A stretch of DNA of 15,211 nucleotides, from the NCBI GenBank assembly GCA_038153405.1, contig JAYOYH010000083.1, forward strand, positions 1-15,211, in the 5' to 3' direction. Positions within the stretch are counted from its first letter, which is position 1. Each line of letters opens with the position of its first letter. Source of the DNA: Gemmatimonadota bacterium. Lineage in GTDB: Bacteria > Latescibacterota > UBA2968 > UBA8231. The translations under genes were made by a program, and so were the position numbers. The notes under the pieces were generated by a model. The model made no database searches. It was not told the origin of the DNA and was given only the letters and a program-made list of their open reading frames with translations. Of this stretch, positions 6,386-15,211 are shown piece by piece.

Positions 6386-6413
6386 TTGACACGGACAGAA
6401 TCTGGCCTAACTT
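6386..6413 (+). promoter_or_regulatory. Probable sigma70 promoter of the act operon
   Basis: Perfect TTGACA(6386-6391)-N16-TAACTT(6408-6413), with a pyrimidine/AT-rich upstream tract. Confidence 0.5.
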
Positions 6414-6505
6414 AGAGACGGTTTTCGTTAAGAATAGCGCTCCCCTGCTATGTGCGGGATACCTCGTGTTTCCCGCCAATTATCAACCCAAATCAAGAAG
6501 CTTCA

Positions 6506-7162
6506 ATGGCTCAGATATTTCCGCGCAGCGCCAATTGGGCGTCCAAAGCTAGCATCCTCACCTTGCTTCTGGTGGTAGCAAGCGTGCTCGGAGTGCTCCT
6601 AAATATCAACCGGATTCACTTCGTCAACCAGGTCAATGTGCCCTTGGACCAGCCGGTGCCCTTCAGTCACAAACACCACGTTTTGGGGCTGGGCATTGAC
6701 TGCCGCTATTGCCATGTCTCCGTTGAAAAGAGTGCCTTTGCCGGCATTCCCCCAACCGAGACTTGCATGACCTGTCACTCCCAAATTTGGACGGAGGCGC
6801 CCATTCTGGAACCCGTCAGGGCTAGCTATCGCGACGATACACCGATACAGTGGAACCGCGTGCACGACCTGCCCGATTTCGTCTACTTCAACCACAGCAT
6901 TCACGTCAGCAAAGGGATCGGTTGTCAGACGTGCCACGGTCAGGTCGATCAAATGCCGTTAATGTGGAAGGCCAACTCGCTGAACATGGAGTGGTGCATT
7001 GAGTGTCATAATGATCCCGCTCAGTTTATCCGCCCCCGCGATCAAGTCTTTAATATGAACTACCAACCGCCAGCAGACCAAGAAAGTCTGGGCAAGCGGC
7101 TCGTAGCCGAATACGAAGTCGAAACCAGACAACTCACCAATTGCTCGATTTGCCACCGATGA
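6506..7162 (+). CDS. actA: Alternative complex III pentaheme cytochrome c subunit
   Basis: MAQIF start, N-terminal TM helix, QPVPFSHKHH, five CxxCH motifs (CRYCH, CMTCH, CQTCH, CIECH, CSICH), WNRVHDLPDFVYFNHSIH. Confidence 0.95.
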   Translation: MAQIFPRSANWASKASILTLLLVVASVLGVLLNINRIHFVNQVNVPLDQPVPFSHKHHVLGLGIDCRYCHVSVEKSAFAGIPPTETCMTCHSQIWTEAPILEPVRASYRDDTPIQWNRVHDLPDFVYFNHSIHVSKGIGCQTCHGQVDQMPLMWKANSLNMEWCIECHNDPAQFIRPRDQVFNMNYQPPADQESLGKRLVAEYEVETRQLTNCSICHR

Positions 7163-10100
7163 TGCCAGATATAAACAGCAGAAAACAGTTAGAGCTAGCC
7201 GACGTGCGTGACCGCATTAGCAGCGAGAGTGGTCAGGCGTACTGGCGCAGCCTCGATGAGCTTGCCCAGACCGATGAATTCGCCCAGCTGGTGCAGAGGG
7301 AGTTTCCCGAACAGGCCGACGAGCTCAAGGATCCCGTAACGCGACGCAACTTTCTCAAGCTCATGGGCGCATCCTTCGCCCTGGGCGGACTGTCTGGATG
7401 CACCATTCAGCCCGGCGAGAAAATCGTGCCTCAGGTGCGCGCCCCGGAGGATATTATACCCGGGAAGCCCCTTTTCTATGCGACAGCCTACCCGCAGCAC
7501 GGCGTGGGCACGGGCATCTTAGTTGAAAGCCATATGGGGCGGCCCACTAAGATCGAGGGCAATCCGCTGCACCCCGCGAGTCGAGGTGGCACATCCGGTG
7601 TCGTCCAAGCTTCTATTCTCGACCTCTACGACCCCGATCGCTCCCAGACGGTCAAAAACGGCGGGCGCATCAGCACCTGGTCGAGCTTTCTCGACAACTT
7701 CATGCATCAACTGGGTTTGCAGGGCGTCAAAGAAGGCGCCGGGTTGCGCATCCTCACTCAGACCGTCACATCGCCGACTCAGGGCGCACTACTCGCGGAA
7801 ATCGGGAAAAAGTATCCAAAGGCCCAGTGGCATCAGTACGAAGCGGTCAATCGCGACAATTACCACGCCGGCTCTTCCTTGGCCTATGGACGGCACGTCA
7901 ACGCGGTGTACGATTTTTCCAAGGCCGATCTGGTATTATCGCTCGATAGCGATTTTGCCAACAGCGGCCCTGCCAGCGCGCGCTACGCACGCGACTTTGC
8001 GGCCAAGCGCCGCGTGCGCGATGGCCAAAAGGCGATGAACCGGCTCTATGTCGCCGAATCGTCCCCCACTGCCACCGGCAGTTTGGCCGACCACCGTCTC
8101 GCTCTGGGCGGCAAAGCCATTGAAGCCCTCGCTTTACACATAGCCCAAGCCCTTGGCGTTTCTTCACAAGGCGTCGGTCAGGTAGACAGCGGCGCGCCCG
8201 CCAAGTGGGTATCGGCCCTGATAAGCGATTTAAAATCGCATCGCGGCCGCAGTATTGTAACGGCGGGCGATGCCGCCAGCCCCGGCGTGCACGCCCTAGT
8301 CCACGCCATCAACGCTGCGCTGGGCAATGTGGGCCAAACGGTGCATTTGAGTGACCCAATCGAAGTGCAACCCGCCCTACACATGGATTCGCTGCAGACC
8401 TTAGTCAGCGCCATGGATGCCGGCCAAGTAGACCTCCTAGTCATTCTCGGAGGCAATCCCGTTTACGACGCGCCGATTGATTTGAATTTTGCCGACGCGC
8501 TTGCCAAGGTCGACACCCGCGTTCACTTAAGCCTGTCTGAAAACGAAACCTCAGACCAGTGCCACTGGCACGTACCTGAATCGCACTACTTAGAAGCGTG
8601 GGGCGATCTGCGCAGCCACGATGGATTAGCCAGCATTGTCCAGCCGCTCATTGAACCGCTCTACAAGACCAAGAGCGCCCTCGATTTCTTAGCCGTTATG
8701 GCGGATAAAGCCGGCACGCCGGGCCTGGAATTGGTCCGCCAATACTGGGAATCGCAGGCACTCGACGCGAACTTTGCGACCTACTGGCGCCGCGCGCTAC
8801 ACGACGGCGTGCTGCCGGGAACAGAGGCGGTCAAGCGCACGCCCAAAGTCGTCGGGGCGATTCAGCTTGCCGACGACTTTGGCCAGATGCCCGAAGAAGA
8901 CGTCGTCGAGCTTCAATTGCGCCCCGATCCAATGGTCGGCGACGGACGCCATGCCAACAACGGCTGGCTCCAGGAGACGCCGCGGCCCATAACAAAACTG
9001 ACCTGGGACAATGCCGCACTCGTCAGTCCGGCTACCGCCCTGAGGTTGCGCCTGCAAAACGAACGCTTAGCGGAGCTTCGCCTGGGTGACAACACCTTGC
9101 GCGTGCCCGTCTGGATCGTTCCCGGCCAGGCCGACAACGTCGTTACGCTCCATTTGGGCTTTGGACGGCAGCGCGGTGGCCGCGTGGCTGAGGGCAGCGG
9201 CTTCAACGCCTACCTACTCAGCACCGCCCAGCAGCCCAACGGTGGACTGGGCCTGCAGATCAACCCCAGCTTCGATCAGTACCCCCTTGCTTGCACCCAG
9301 GAACACCACAGCATGGAGGGGCGCAGCCTTGTGCGGGAAAGCTCATTGGAGCATTACAAGTCTCACCCCCACTTTGTTCACGAAGGCTGGTATGCGCACG
9401 ATCCACCCGACGACCTGACGCTCTACAACAGAACCGATCATCAGTACGACGGCTATGCTTGGGGCATGATCATCGACCTCGGCTCATGCATGGGCTGCAA
9501 TGCCTGTTCCATCGCCTGCCAGGCAGAGAACAACATTCCCGTCGTCGGTAAATCGCAGGTGCTCAACGGCCGCGAAATGGCTTGGATTCGCATCGACCGC
9601 TACTATAAAGGCGAACTGGACGACCCGGGTATTGTCCACCAGCCCGTTCCCTGCATGCAGTGCGAAAACGCCCCCTGCGAGGTCGTGTGCCCCGTCGCCG
9701 CAACGGTCCACAGCGCCGAGGGGCTTAACGATATGGTGTATAACCGCTGCGTCGGCACCCGCTACTGCGCCAACAACTGCCCCTACAAAGTTCGCCGCTT
9801 TAATTTCCTGCTCTATACCGATAAGGAAAGCGAAAGCCTCAAACTGCAGCGTAACCCGGATGTCACCGTGCGCTCGCGCGGTGTCATGGAGAAGTGCACG
9901 TACTGCGTGCAGCGCATCAATATGGCGCGCATCGAGGCCAAGACGTCGGGCAAAGATATTGCCGATGGACAGATTGTCACCGCCTGCGAACAGGCGTGTC
10001 CGACCGAATCCATCGTCTTTGGCAATATCAACGATCCGCAGAGCCGGGTCAGCCGCTACAAGGCCTCCGAGCTCAACTACGGCATTCTGACCGACTTGAA

Positions 10101-10167
10101 TACGCGGCCGCGCACGACCTACCTGGCCGGCCTGAAGAACCCCAATCCTGAGATTACAGAGAGCTAG
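7159..10167 (+). CDS. actB: Alternative complex III subunit B (molybdopterin oxidoreductase-like domain fused to 4Fe-4S domain)
   Basis: Leader YWRSLDEL...REFP, Tat motif [12 protein letters not shown] with lipobox [26 protein letters not shown], Fe-S motifs [45 protein letters not shown] at 7159 or 7162 overlaps the actA stop. Confidence 0.95.
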   Translation: MMPDINSRKQLELADVRDRISSESGQAYWRSLDELAQTDEFAQLVQREFPEQADELKDPVTRRNFLKLMGASFALGGLSGCTIQPGEKIVPQVRAPEDIIPGKPLFYATAYPQHGVGTGILVESHMGRPTKIEGNPLHPASRGGTSGVVQASILDLYDPDRSQTVKNGGRISTWSSFLDNFMHQLGLQGVKEGAGLRILTQTVTSPTQGALLAEIGKKYPKAQWHQYEAVNRDNYHAGSSLAYGRHVNAVYDFSKADLVLSLDSDFANSGPASARYARDFAAKRRVRDGQKAMNRLYVAESSPTATGSLADHRLALGGKAIEALALHIAQALGVSSQGVGQVDSGAPAKWVSALISDLKSHRGRSIVTAGDAASPGVHALVHAINAALGNVGQTVHLSDPIEVQPALHMDSLQTLVSAMDAGQVDLLVILGGNPVYDAPIDLNFADALAKVDTRVHLSLSENETSDQCHWHVPESHYLEAWGDLRSHDGLASIVQPLIEPLYKTKSALDFLAVMADKAGTPGLELVRQYWESQALDANFATYWRRALHDGVLPGTEAVKRTPKVVGAIQLADDFGQMPEEDVVELQLRPDPMVGDGRHANNGWLQETPRPITKLTWDNAALVSPATALRLRLQNERLAELRLGDNTLRVPVWIVPGQADNVVTLHLGFGRQRGGRVAEGSGFNAYLLSTAQQPNGGLGLQINPSFDQYPLACTQEHHSMEGRSLVRESSLEHYKSHPHFVHEGWYAHDPPDDLTLYNRTDHQYDGYAWGMIIDLGSCMGCNACSIACQAENNIPVVGKSQVLNGREMAWIRIDRYYKGELDDPGIVHQPVPCMQCENAPCEVVCPVAATVHSAEGLNDMVYNRCVGTRYCANNCPYKVRRFNFLLYTDKESESLKLQRNPDVTVRSRGVMEKCTYCVQRINMARIEAKTSGKDIADGQIVTACEQACPTESIVFGNINDPQSRVSRYKASELNYGILTDLNTRPRTTYLAGLKNPNPEITES

Positions 10168-10168
10168 T

Positions 10169-11542
10169 ATGTCCGAAGCCGCTAAAACGCCCTACAAACC
10201 ACCGGTAAACGAACTGGGGCCAGGACAGACGTCCTATACCTCCATCACCGATAAAATAAGCGGTGTCGTTTTTACCAAGCACACGCCGATTTTCTGGTTT
10301 GTTTCCTTTGCCATAGGCTTTTTGCTCCTGCATGGGCTAATGATCGGCGCCCCCTATCTGCTCTACGAAGGCACCGGTATCTGGGGCCTCAACAACCCGG
10401 TTGGTTGGGGCTGGGCCATCATCAACTTCGTCTGGTGGATCGGTATCGGGCATGCGGGAACGCTCATATCGGCCGTCCTGTTGCTCTTCCGGCAAAAGTG
10501 GCGCACGTCGATCAACCGAGCGGCCGAAGCCATGACGATTTTTGCCGTGCTCTGTGCCGCGCAGTTTCCGCTGCTCCACACCGGGCGCCCCTGGCTGGCC
10601 GCGTACTGGCTCTTGCCCTATCCCAACTCCATGGCAATGTGGGTAAACTTCCGCAGCCCGCTTATTTGGGACGTTTTTGCGGTCACGACCTACCTGACGG
10701 TATCATTGGTTTTCTGGTACGTCGGCTTGGTTCCCGATTTTGCCAGCTTTCGCGACCGCGCTAAAAACCGCATTGCACAGGTCGTCTACGGCTTTCTTTC
10801 GCTGGGCTGGCGCGGCTCGGCCTTTCACTGGGAGCGCTACGAACTGGCCTCCCTCATTCTGGCCGGCCTTTCGACCCCCCTAGTGCTGTCCGTGCACAGC
10901 GTAGTCAGCTTCGACTTTGCCACGGGCATCATTCCCGGATGGCACACCACCATTTTCCCACCCTACTTTGTGGCCGGCGCCATCTTTGCTGGATTTGCCA
11001 TGGTTCTCACCCTGATGATTCCACTGCGCAGGGTGTACGGCCTCTACGATTTCATAACCGAACGGCATCTCAACAATATGTCGAAGGTCATGCTCGCATC
11101 TGGCCTTATCGTCGCCTACGGTTACTTCATGGAAATTGTCATCGCCCAATACAGCGGTAGCATCTGGGAAATGTATATGATGCGCAACCGCATGGGCGGC
11201 CCTTACGGCAATTACTATTGGGCCCTTATTCTCTGCAATATAGCCGTGCCTCAGTTGCTGTGGTTTCGCCATTTCCGACTGCATCCGGTCTGGCTGTGGT
11301 TCATCTGCCAGTTTATCAATGTCGGCATGTGGCTTGAGCGCTTTATCATCGTCGTAACCAGTTTGCACCGCGACTACCTGCCCTCTTCTTGGGATATGTT
11401 TCACCCGACGATTTGGGACGCCGCCATTTACATCGGGACAATTGGGCTCTTCACCATCCTTTTCTTCCTTTTCATTCGCGGCTTCCCGATGATTTCTATT
11501 CACGAAATCCGCACCTTGTTAAAAACAGGCAACCACAAGTGA
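10169..11542 (+). CDS. actC: Alternative complex III quinol-oxidising membrane subunit (NrfD/PsrC family)
   Basis: [84 protein letters not shown]. Confidence 0.96.
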   Translation: MSEAAKTPYKPPVNELGPGQTSYTSITDKISGVVFTKHTPIFWFVSFAIGFLLLHGLMIGAPYLLYEGTGIWGLNNPVGWGWAIINFVWWIGIGHAGTLISAVLLLFRQKWRTSINRAAEAMTIFAVLCAAQFPLLHTGRPWLAAYWLLPYPNSMAMWVNFRSPLIWDVFAVTTYLTVSLVFWYVGLVPDFASFRDRAKNRIAQVVYGFLSLGWRGSAFHWERYELASLILAGLSTPLVLSVHSVVSFDFATGIIPGWHTTIFPPYFVAGAIFAGFAMVLTLMIPLRRVYGLYDFITERHLNNMSKVMLASGLIVAYGYFMEIVIAQYSGSIWEMYMMRNRMGGPYGNYYWALILCNIAVPQLLWFRHFRLHPVWLWFICQFINVGMWLERFIIVVTSLHRDYLPSSWDMFHPTIWDAAIYIGTIGLFTILFFLFIRGFPMISIHEIRTLLKTGNHK

Positions 11543-11552
11543 GCTTTTGAGC

Positions 11553-12098
11553 ATGCACCACGAAGAAGAATCCCCCTATCACGGGGTCATGGCGCAGTTT
11601 GACAACCCAGACGATTTAGTGGCGGCGGCAAAGGCCACCTATGCAGCAGGCTACCGCAAATTAGATGCTTACAGCCCGCTGCCCGTTCACGGCTTGGCCG
11701 ACGCCATTGGCTATAAGCGCACCCGCTTGCCCTGGCTCGTGTTCTGCATGGGCCTCTTGGGTGCGATCGCCGGATACTCGCTGTGCTACTGGGTATCGGT
11801 TATTGACTATCCGATGAACATAGGCGGTCGCCCCTTTCACAGCGGCCCTTCGTTCATACCTGTTACCTTTGAGGTAACTATTCTCTTCTCGGCTATGACC
11901 GCCGCGTTTGGCATGCTTATCGCCAACGGCCTTCCCCAACCGTACCATCCCGTTTTCAATGTCGAAAATTTCGCCCGGGCCAGTTCAGATCTGTTTTTTC
12001 TCTGCATCGAAGCAGAGGACGAGAAATTCGACTTAGACGAGACCACTCGTTTCTTGCAGAGTTTGAATCCACAAGAGGTATCTCACGTTGAAAACTGA
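11553..12098 (+). CDS. actD: Alternative complex III subunit D (DUF3341)
   Basis: LDAYSPLPVHGL, YPMNIGGRP, FIPVTFEVTILF, two TM helices; operon position. Confidence 0.93.
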   Translation: MHHEEESPYHGVMAQFDNPDDLVAAAKATYAAGYRKLDAYSPLPVHGLADAIGYKRTRLPWLVFCMGLLGAIAGYSLCYWVSVIDYPMNIGGRPFHSGPSFIPVTFEVTILFSAMTAAFGMLIANGLPQPYHPVFNVENFARASSDLFFLCIEAEDEKFDLDETTRFLQSLNPQEVSHVEN

Positions 12099-12690
12099 TT
12101 CGACCTTTTCTGCCGGTTTGGGCTCGAAGTTGCTGCGCTTAGCTGCGCTGTGTTCGCTCGCCTTTACCGCGGGCTGCGAATTGCGTCAGGCCATGTACGA
12201 TCAGGAGAAATACGAACCCCTAGAGCGCTCGACCTTCTTCGCAGATGGCCAGTCGTTCCGTCCGCAGGTCCCCGAGACCGTAGCACGCGGCCAACTTCGC
12301 CTCGATACGCATTTCTACGAAGGCAAAGTCGCCGGCCAGCTGACCGATGCGCTGCCCGTGCCCGTTACGACCGAGCTGCTAAAGCAAGGCCAGCAGCGCT
12401 ACGGCATTTACTGCACCCCGTGCCACGGCCTTACGGGACAGGGGGACGGTATTATAGTTCAACGCGGCCTAAAACAGCCGCCCTCTTTTCACCAACAGCG
12501 ACTGCGCGATATGCCCATCGCCTATTTCTTTGACGTCATCACCAACGGCTATGGGGTGATGTACAGCTATGCTTCCCGCATACCGGTCGAAGACCGCTGG
12601 GCCATCTCCGCCTACATTCGCACCTTACAGCTGAGCCAGAATGTCGAATTTGACCAACTGCCTGAAGAGGACCAAAGGCAACTTCAATGA
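12088..12690 (+). CDS. actE: Alternative complex III monoheme cytochrome c lipoprotein
   Basis: Lipobox FTAGC, MYDQEKYEP, FFADG..R...TVARG, single CTPCH, distal GYGVMYSYA, EDRWAISAYIRTLQ. Confidence 0.93.
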   Translation: MKTDSTFSAGLGSKLLRLAALCSLAFTAGCELRQAMYDQEKYEPLERSTFFADGQSFRPQVPETVARGQLRLDTHFYEGKVAGQLTDALPVPVTTELLKQGQQRYGIYCTPCHGLTGQGDGIIVQRGLKQPPSFHQQRLRDMPIAYFFDVITNGYGVMYSYASRIPVEDRWAISAYIRTLQLSQNVEFDQLPEEDQRQLQ

Positions 12691-13913
12691 ATGAGTTAAT
12701 TATACAGCAATCCGAAGCGCTCAAACCCTATTTAGAAAGCCTACAGAAGCGCTTTTTGTGGGTTGGCCTATTGGGTTTGGCCGCGACCGTTGCCGGCTAT
12801 TTTGTCGCTCACGATCAGTTCTTCCAGTCCTACCTGCTGGCCTTTGCCTTCTGGATAAGCTTGCCTCTTGGCAGTTTGCTCATCCTCATGATCCACCAGG
12901 TCGGCGGCGGCACCTGGGGCTTTTCCATTCGCCGCTTCTTGGAAGCCGGCACGCGCACGCTGCCGATGATGTTTGTATTCGCCCTGCCCATTCTCTTTCT
13001 CGGCATCCACGAATTGTACGAATGGAGCCACTTAGAAGTGGTCGCCGAGGACGCGCTGCTGTCGTACAAACAACCGTACTTAAACGACACCTCCTTTATC
13101 CAGCGCACCTTTATTTACTTTGTCATTTGGGGTCTTTTTGTTTTTCTGCTCAACAAATGGTCGCACCAGCAGGATCAAACACAACAGACTTATCCGACCA
13201 ACCGCACGCAAAAGCTCAGCGGTCCCGGTATCGTCGTTTTCTTTCTTACCATGACCTTGGCCACTATCGATTGGATTATGTCCCTTGAACCCCATTGGTT
13301 CTCATCGATTTTTGGCGTTATTCACATCGTCGGCCAAGCCCTCATCACCTGGGCCTTTATGACGTTGGTCGCCGTTTCCCTATCCGACAAGGAGCCCATG
13401 AAGCGGCTGTTGACCAACAGCCGCCTGCGCGATTTGGGCACCTTTATGCTGGCCACCGTCATGCTCTGGGCCTATACCTCCTTTTCCCAGCTTCTGATCA
13501 TATGGTCTGGCAACCTGCCCGAAGAAATTACCTGGTATATCACTCGACTCGAGGGTGGCTGGGAATATATCGGCTATGGGCTCATTCTATTCCACTTTGC
13601 CATTCCCTTTGTATTCCTGATTTCTAGCACATTGAAGGCCAAGACCAAAGTTTTGGTGACTTTTGCCATCTGGCTGCTGATCGCCCGCTTCTTTGATCTG
13701 CTCTGGCAGACGCGGCCCTCCTTTACCAAGGTCGACGTTTACCACAGCACGGGGTTTACCATGCATTGGCTCGATATAGCCATCACGATTGGCATTGGCG
13801 GCCTGCTTATTTCATTCTTCTTTGCCCAGCTAAAAAATCGTCCCCTCATTGCCCTAAATGACCCGCGTTTTTCCGAACTGTACACCGAAGACGATGAGCA
13901 TCACCATGGCTGA
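12687..13913 (+). CDS. actF: Alternative complex III membrane subunit F
   Basis: Polytopic; GGTWG...RRFLEA, LYEWSH, KQPYLN, DWIMSLEPHWFSSIFG, WAYTSFSQLLIIWSGNLPEEITWY. Confidence 0.93.
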   Translation: MNELIIQQSEALKPYLESLQKRFLWVGLLGLAATVAGYFVAHDQFFQSYLLAFAFWISLPLGSLLILMIHQVGGGTWGFSIRRFLEAGTRTLPMMFVFALPILFLGIHELYEWSHLEVVAEDALLSYKQPYLNDTSFIQRTFIYFVIWGLFVFLLNKWSHQQDQTQQTYPTNRTQKLSGPGIVVFFLTMTLATIDWIMSLEPHWFSSIFGVIHIVGQALITWAFMTLVAVSLSDKEPMKRLLTNSRLRDLGTFMLATVMLWAYTSFSQLLIIWSGNLPEEITWYITRLEGGWEYIGYGLILFHFAIPFVFLISSTLKAKTKVLVTFAIWLLIARFFDLLWQTRPSFTKVDVYHSTGFTMHWLDIAITIGIGGLLISFFFAQLKNRPLIALNDPRFSELYTEDDEHHHG

Positions 13914-14304
13914 ACACACAAGTGAATCGAACACACCTGCATTTGAACAGACGGATGCACAAATTAAACCCCTCGTCATTACGGGTGTCGTCGTTCTAGT
14001 GCTGATGGTCGCATCTTTTATCGGGATTATCCCCCTCTTTAAGGTGCTTGACTATTACCAACCCCTGCTTGACGACCCCGTAGCGCCGATGGCTCAGAAG
14101 CGAGTTGGCACCCTGTCCGAGCCTCGCCTGCAGGTGGACCCACCCCGCCAGAAATTTGAGCTGGAAGAGCGCGCCGAGTCGCTGTTGGGTAGCTATGCCT
14201 GGGTTGATGAGGAGTTGCGCTTGGCGCGCATTCCCATTGAACGCGCAATTAACTTGATTGGATCGGGCGCCCTCAATTTACCGAAAGCACCCATGGGACA
14301 GTAG
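13906..14304 (+). CDS. actG: Small single-TM protein, probable alternative complex III subunit G
   Basis: E..D...K N-terminus, one TM helix, EPRLQVDP, L.SYAWVD....ARIPIERAI motif typical of the gene after actF. ATG 13906 overlaps the actF end. Confidence 0.72.
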   Translation: MAEHTSESNTPAFEQTDAQIKPLVITGVVVLVLMVASFIGIIPLFKVLDYYQPLLDDPVAPMAQKRVGTLSEPRLQVDPPRQKFELEERAESLLGSYAWVDEELRLARIPIERAINLIGSGALNLPKAPMGQ

Positions 14305-14342
14305 CATCCCACGAGATACCGGATACTTTCTTATCAATAGCC

Positions 14343-15155
14343 ATGCGTAGATTCATCTCATACATACTTTCATTCGCCTTGCTCCTGAGCGTTCAGCCCC
14401 TCTTTGCGCAAAAGCCGAGCAAAGAGCTGGTCGAGAAAATAACCATCGATCAAAAGCTCGGTGCCCAGGTGCCGCTCTCTCTGCCCTTTACCAACGAACT
14501 GGGTGAGAGGGTTGAAATCGGCGATTTCATGGGTGACAAGCCCGTGATTTTTACGCTGGTTTACTACGAGTGCCCCACTCTGTGCAACCAGGTGCTCAAC
14601 AGCTTGCTGCGCGCGCTGAACGTATTGACCTTTGATATCGGAACGGAGTTCGATGTGGTCACTGTGAGCATCGATCCAGACGAAACCGCCTCCCTGGCCT
14701 CGGCCAAAAAAGCTGAATATTTAAAGAACTACCGCGGCCCCAACGCCGCCCTGGGTTGGCATTTTCTCACGGGCGCTCCCGAAGAAATCGCCCAGTTGGC
14801 CGATGCCGTTGGCTTTCGCTATGAATACGATGAGGCGACCGATCAATACATCCATGCCAGCGCCATCATGATTCTCACGCCCGATGGCAAAGTTGCCCGT
14901 TACTTTTACGGCATAGACTATCCCCCGCGCGATGTGCGCTGGGGCCTTGTTGAAGCAGCTGGTGGCCAAATAGGCAGCCCAGTAGACCAGCTTTTGTTAC
15001 TCTGTTATAGCTACGATCCCATGACGGGTAAATACGGCCTGATTATCCGCAACTCGCTGCGCGTTGCCGGTTTGGCCACCGTGCTCATATTGGGCACATT
15101 CATATTTGTTATGCTTCGGCGGGAACGCAAAGACGAACCGCTGTCTCTCAATTAA
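14343..15155 (+). CDS. SCO1/SenC family copper chaperone
   Basis: Signal peptide, DQKLGAQVPL, YYECPTLCN (CxxxC), WHFLTG, YIHAS (His ligand), C-terminal TM helix. Confidence 0.93.
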   Translation: MRRFISYILSFALLLSVQPLFAQKPSKELVEKITIDQKLGAQVPLSLPFTNELGERVEIGDFMGDKPVIFTLVYYECPTLCNQVLNSLLRALNVLTFDIGTEFDVVTVSIDPDETASLASAKKAEYLKNYRGPNAALGWHFLTGAPEEIAQLADAVGFRYEYDEATDQYIHASAIMILTPDGKVARYFYGIDYPPRDVRWGLVEAAGGQIGSPVDQLLLLCYSYDPMTGKYGLIIRNSLRVAGLATVLILGTFIFVMLRRERKDEPLSLN

Positions 15156-15173
15156 TACGGAGCCTGGATAAGC

Positions 15174-15211
15174 ATGTCCGATTTTCCGCTATTTCCCGAA
15201 CAGGCATCGAC
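15174..15211 (+). CDS. coxB: Probable cytochrome c oxidase subunit II, 5' end only (truncated by window)
   Basis: ATG 15174 gives MSDFPLFPEQAS. The FPEQAS motif and the position after SCO are typical of CoxB in ACIII-linked operons. Only 12 codons are visible. Confidence 0.65.
   Translation, partial: MSDFPLFPEQAS

Noticed and set aside
6454..6476. GCGGGA/TCCCGC hairpin in the actA leader
   Set aside because: Short stem that does not cover the start region and resembles no riboswitch I recognise.
7159..10167. ActB as an active molybdoenzyme (e.g. polysulfide or nitrate reductase)
   Set aside because: Context and motifs are those of ACIII, whose ActB molybdopterin-like domain is known to lack the cofactor. 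The internal Tat motif after a long leader is also a known ActB trait.

Overview
Bacterial chromosomal window of moderately high GC with no mobile element, CRISPR array or rRNA. The left part (1-6.3 kb) is a mixed region between two convergent tRNAs. In order it holds tRNA-Leu(CAG), a glyoxalase I-like VOC enzyme, a stand-alone MerR-type HTH gene behind a near-consensus sigma28-type promoter, a minus-strand gene pair, a Na+-type DAACS glutamate/aspartate symporter, a pentapeptide-repeat protein and a cold-shock gene abutting tRNA-Arg(CCT). The minus-strand pair is a divergent DUF815-like AAA+ ATPase followed in the same reading frame, one TAA later, by a coiled-coil protein with a C-terminal HPD J-domain. 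The right part (6.5-15.2 kb) is a complete alternative complex III operon (actA-B-C-D-E-F-G), followed by SCO and the start of cytochrome c oxidase subunit II. The best candidate for an undescribed system is the DUF815 ATPase / J-domain pair. All calls rest on motif recognition by eye; no database search was run.
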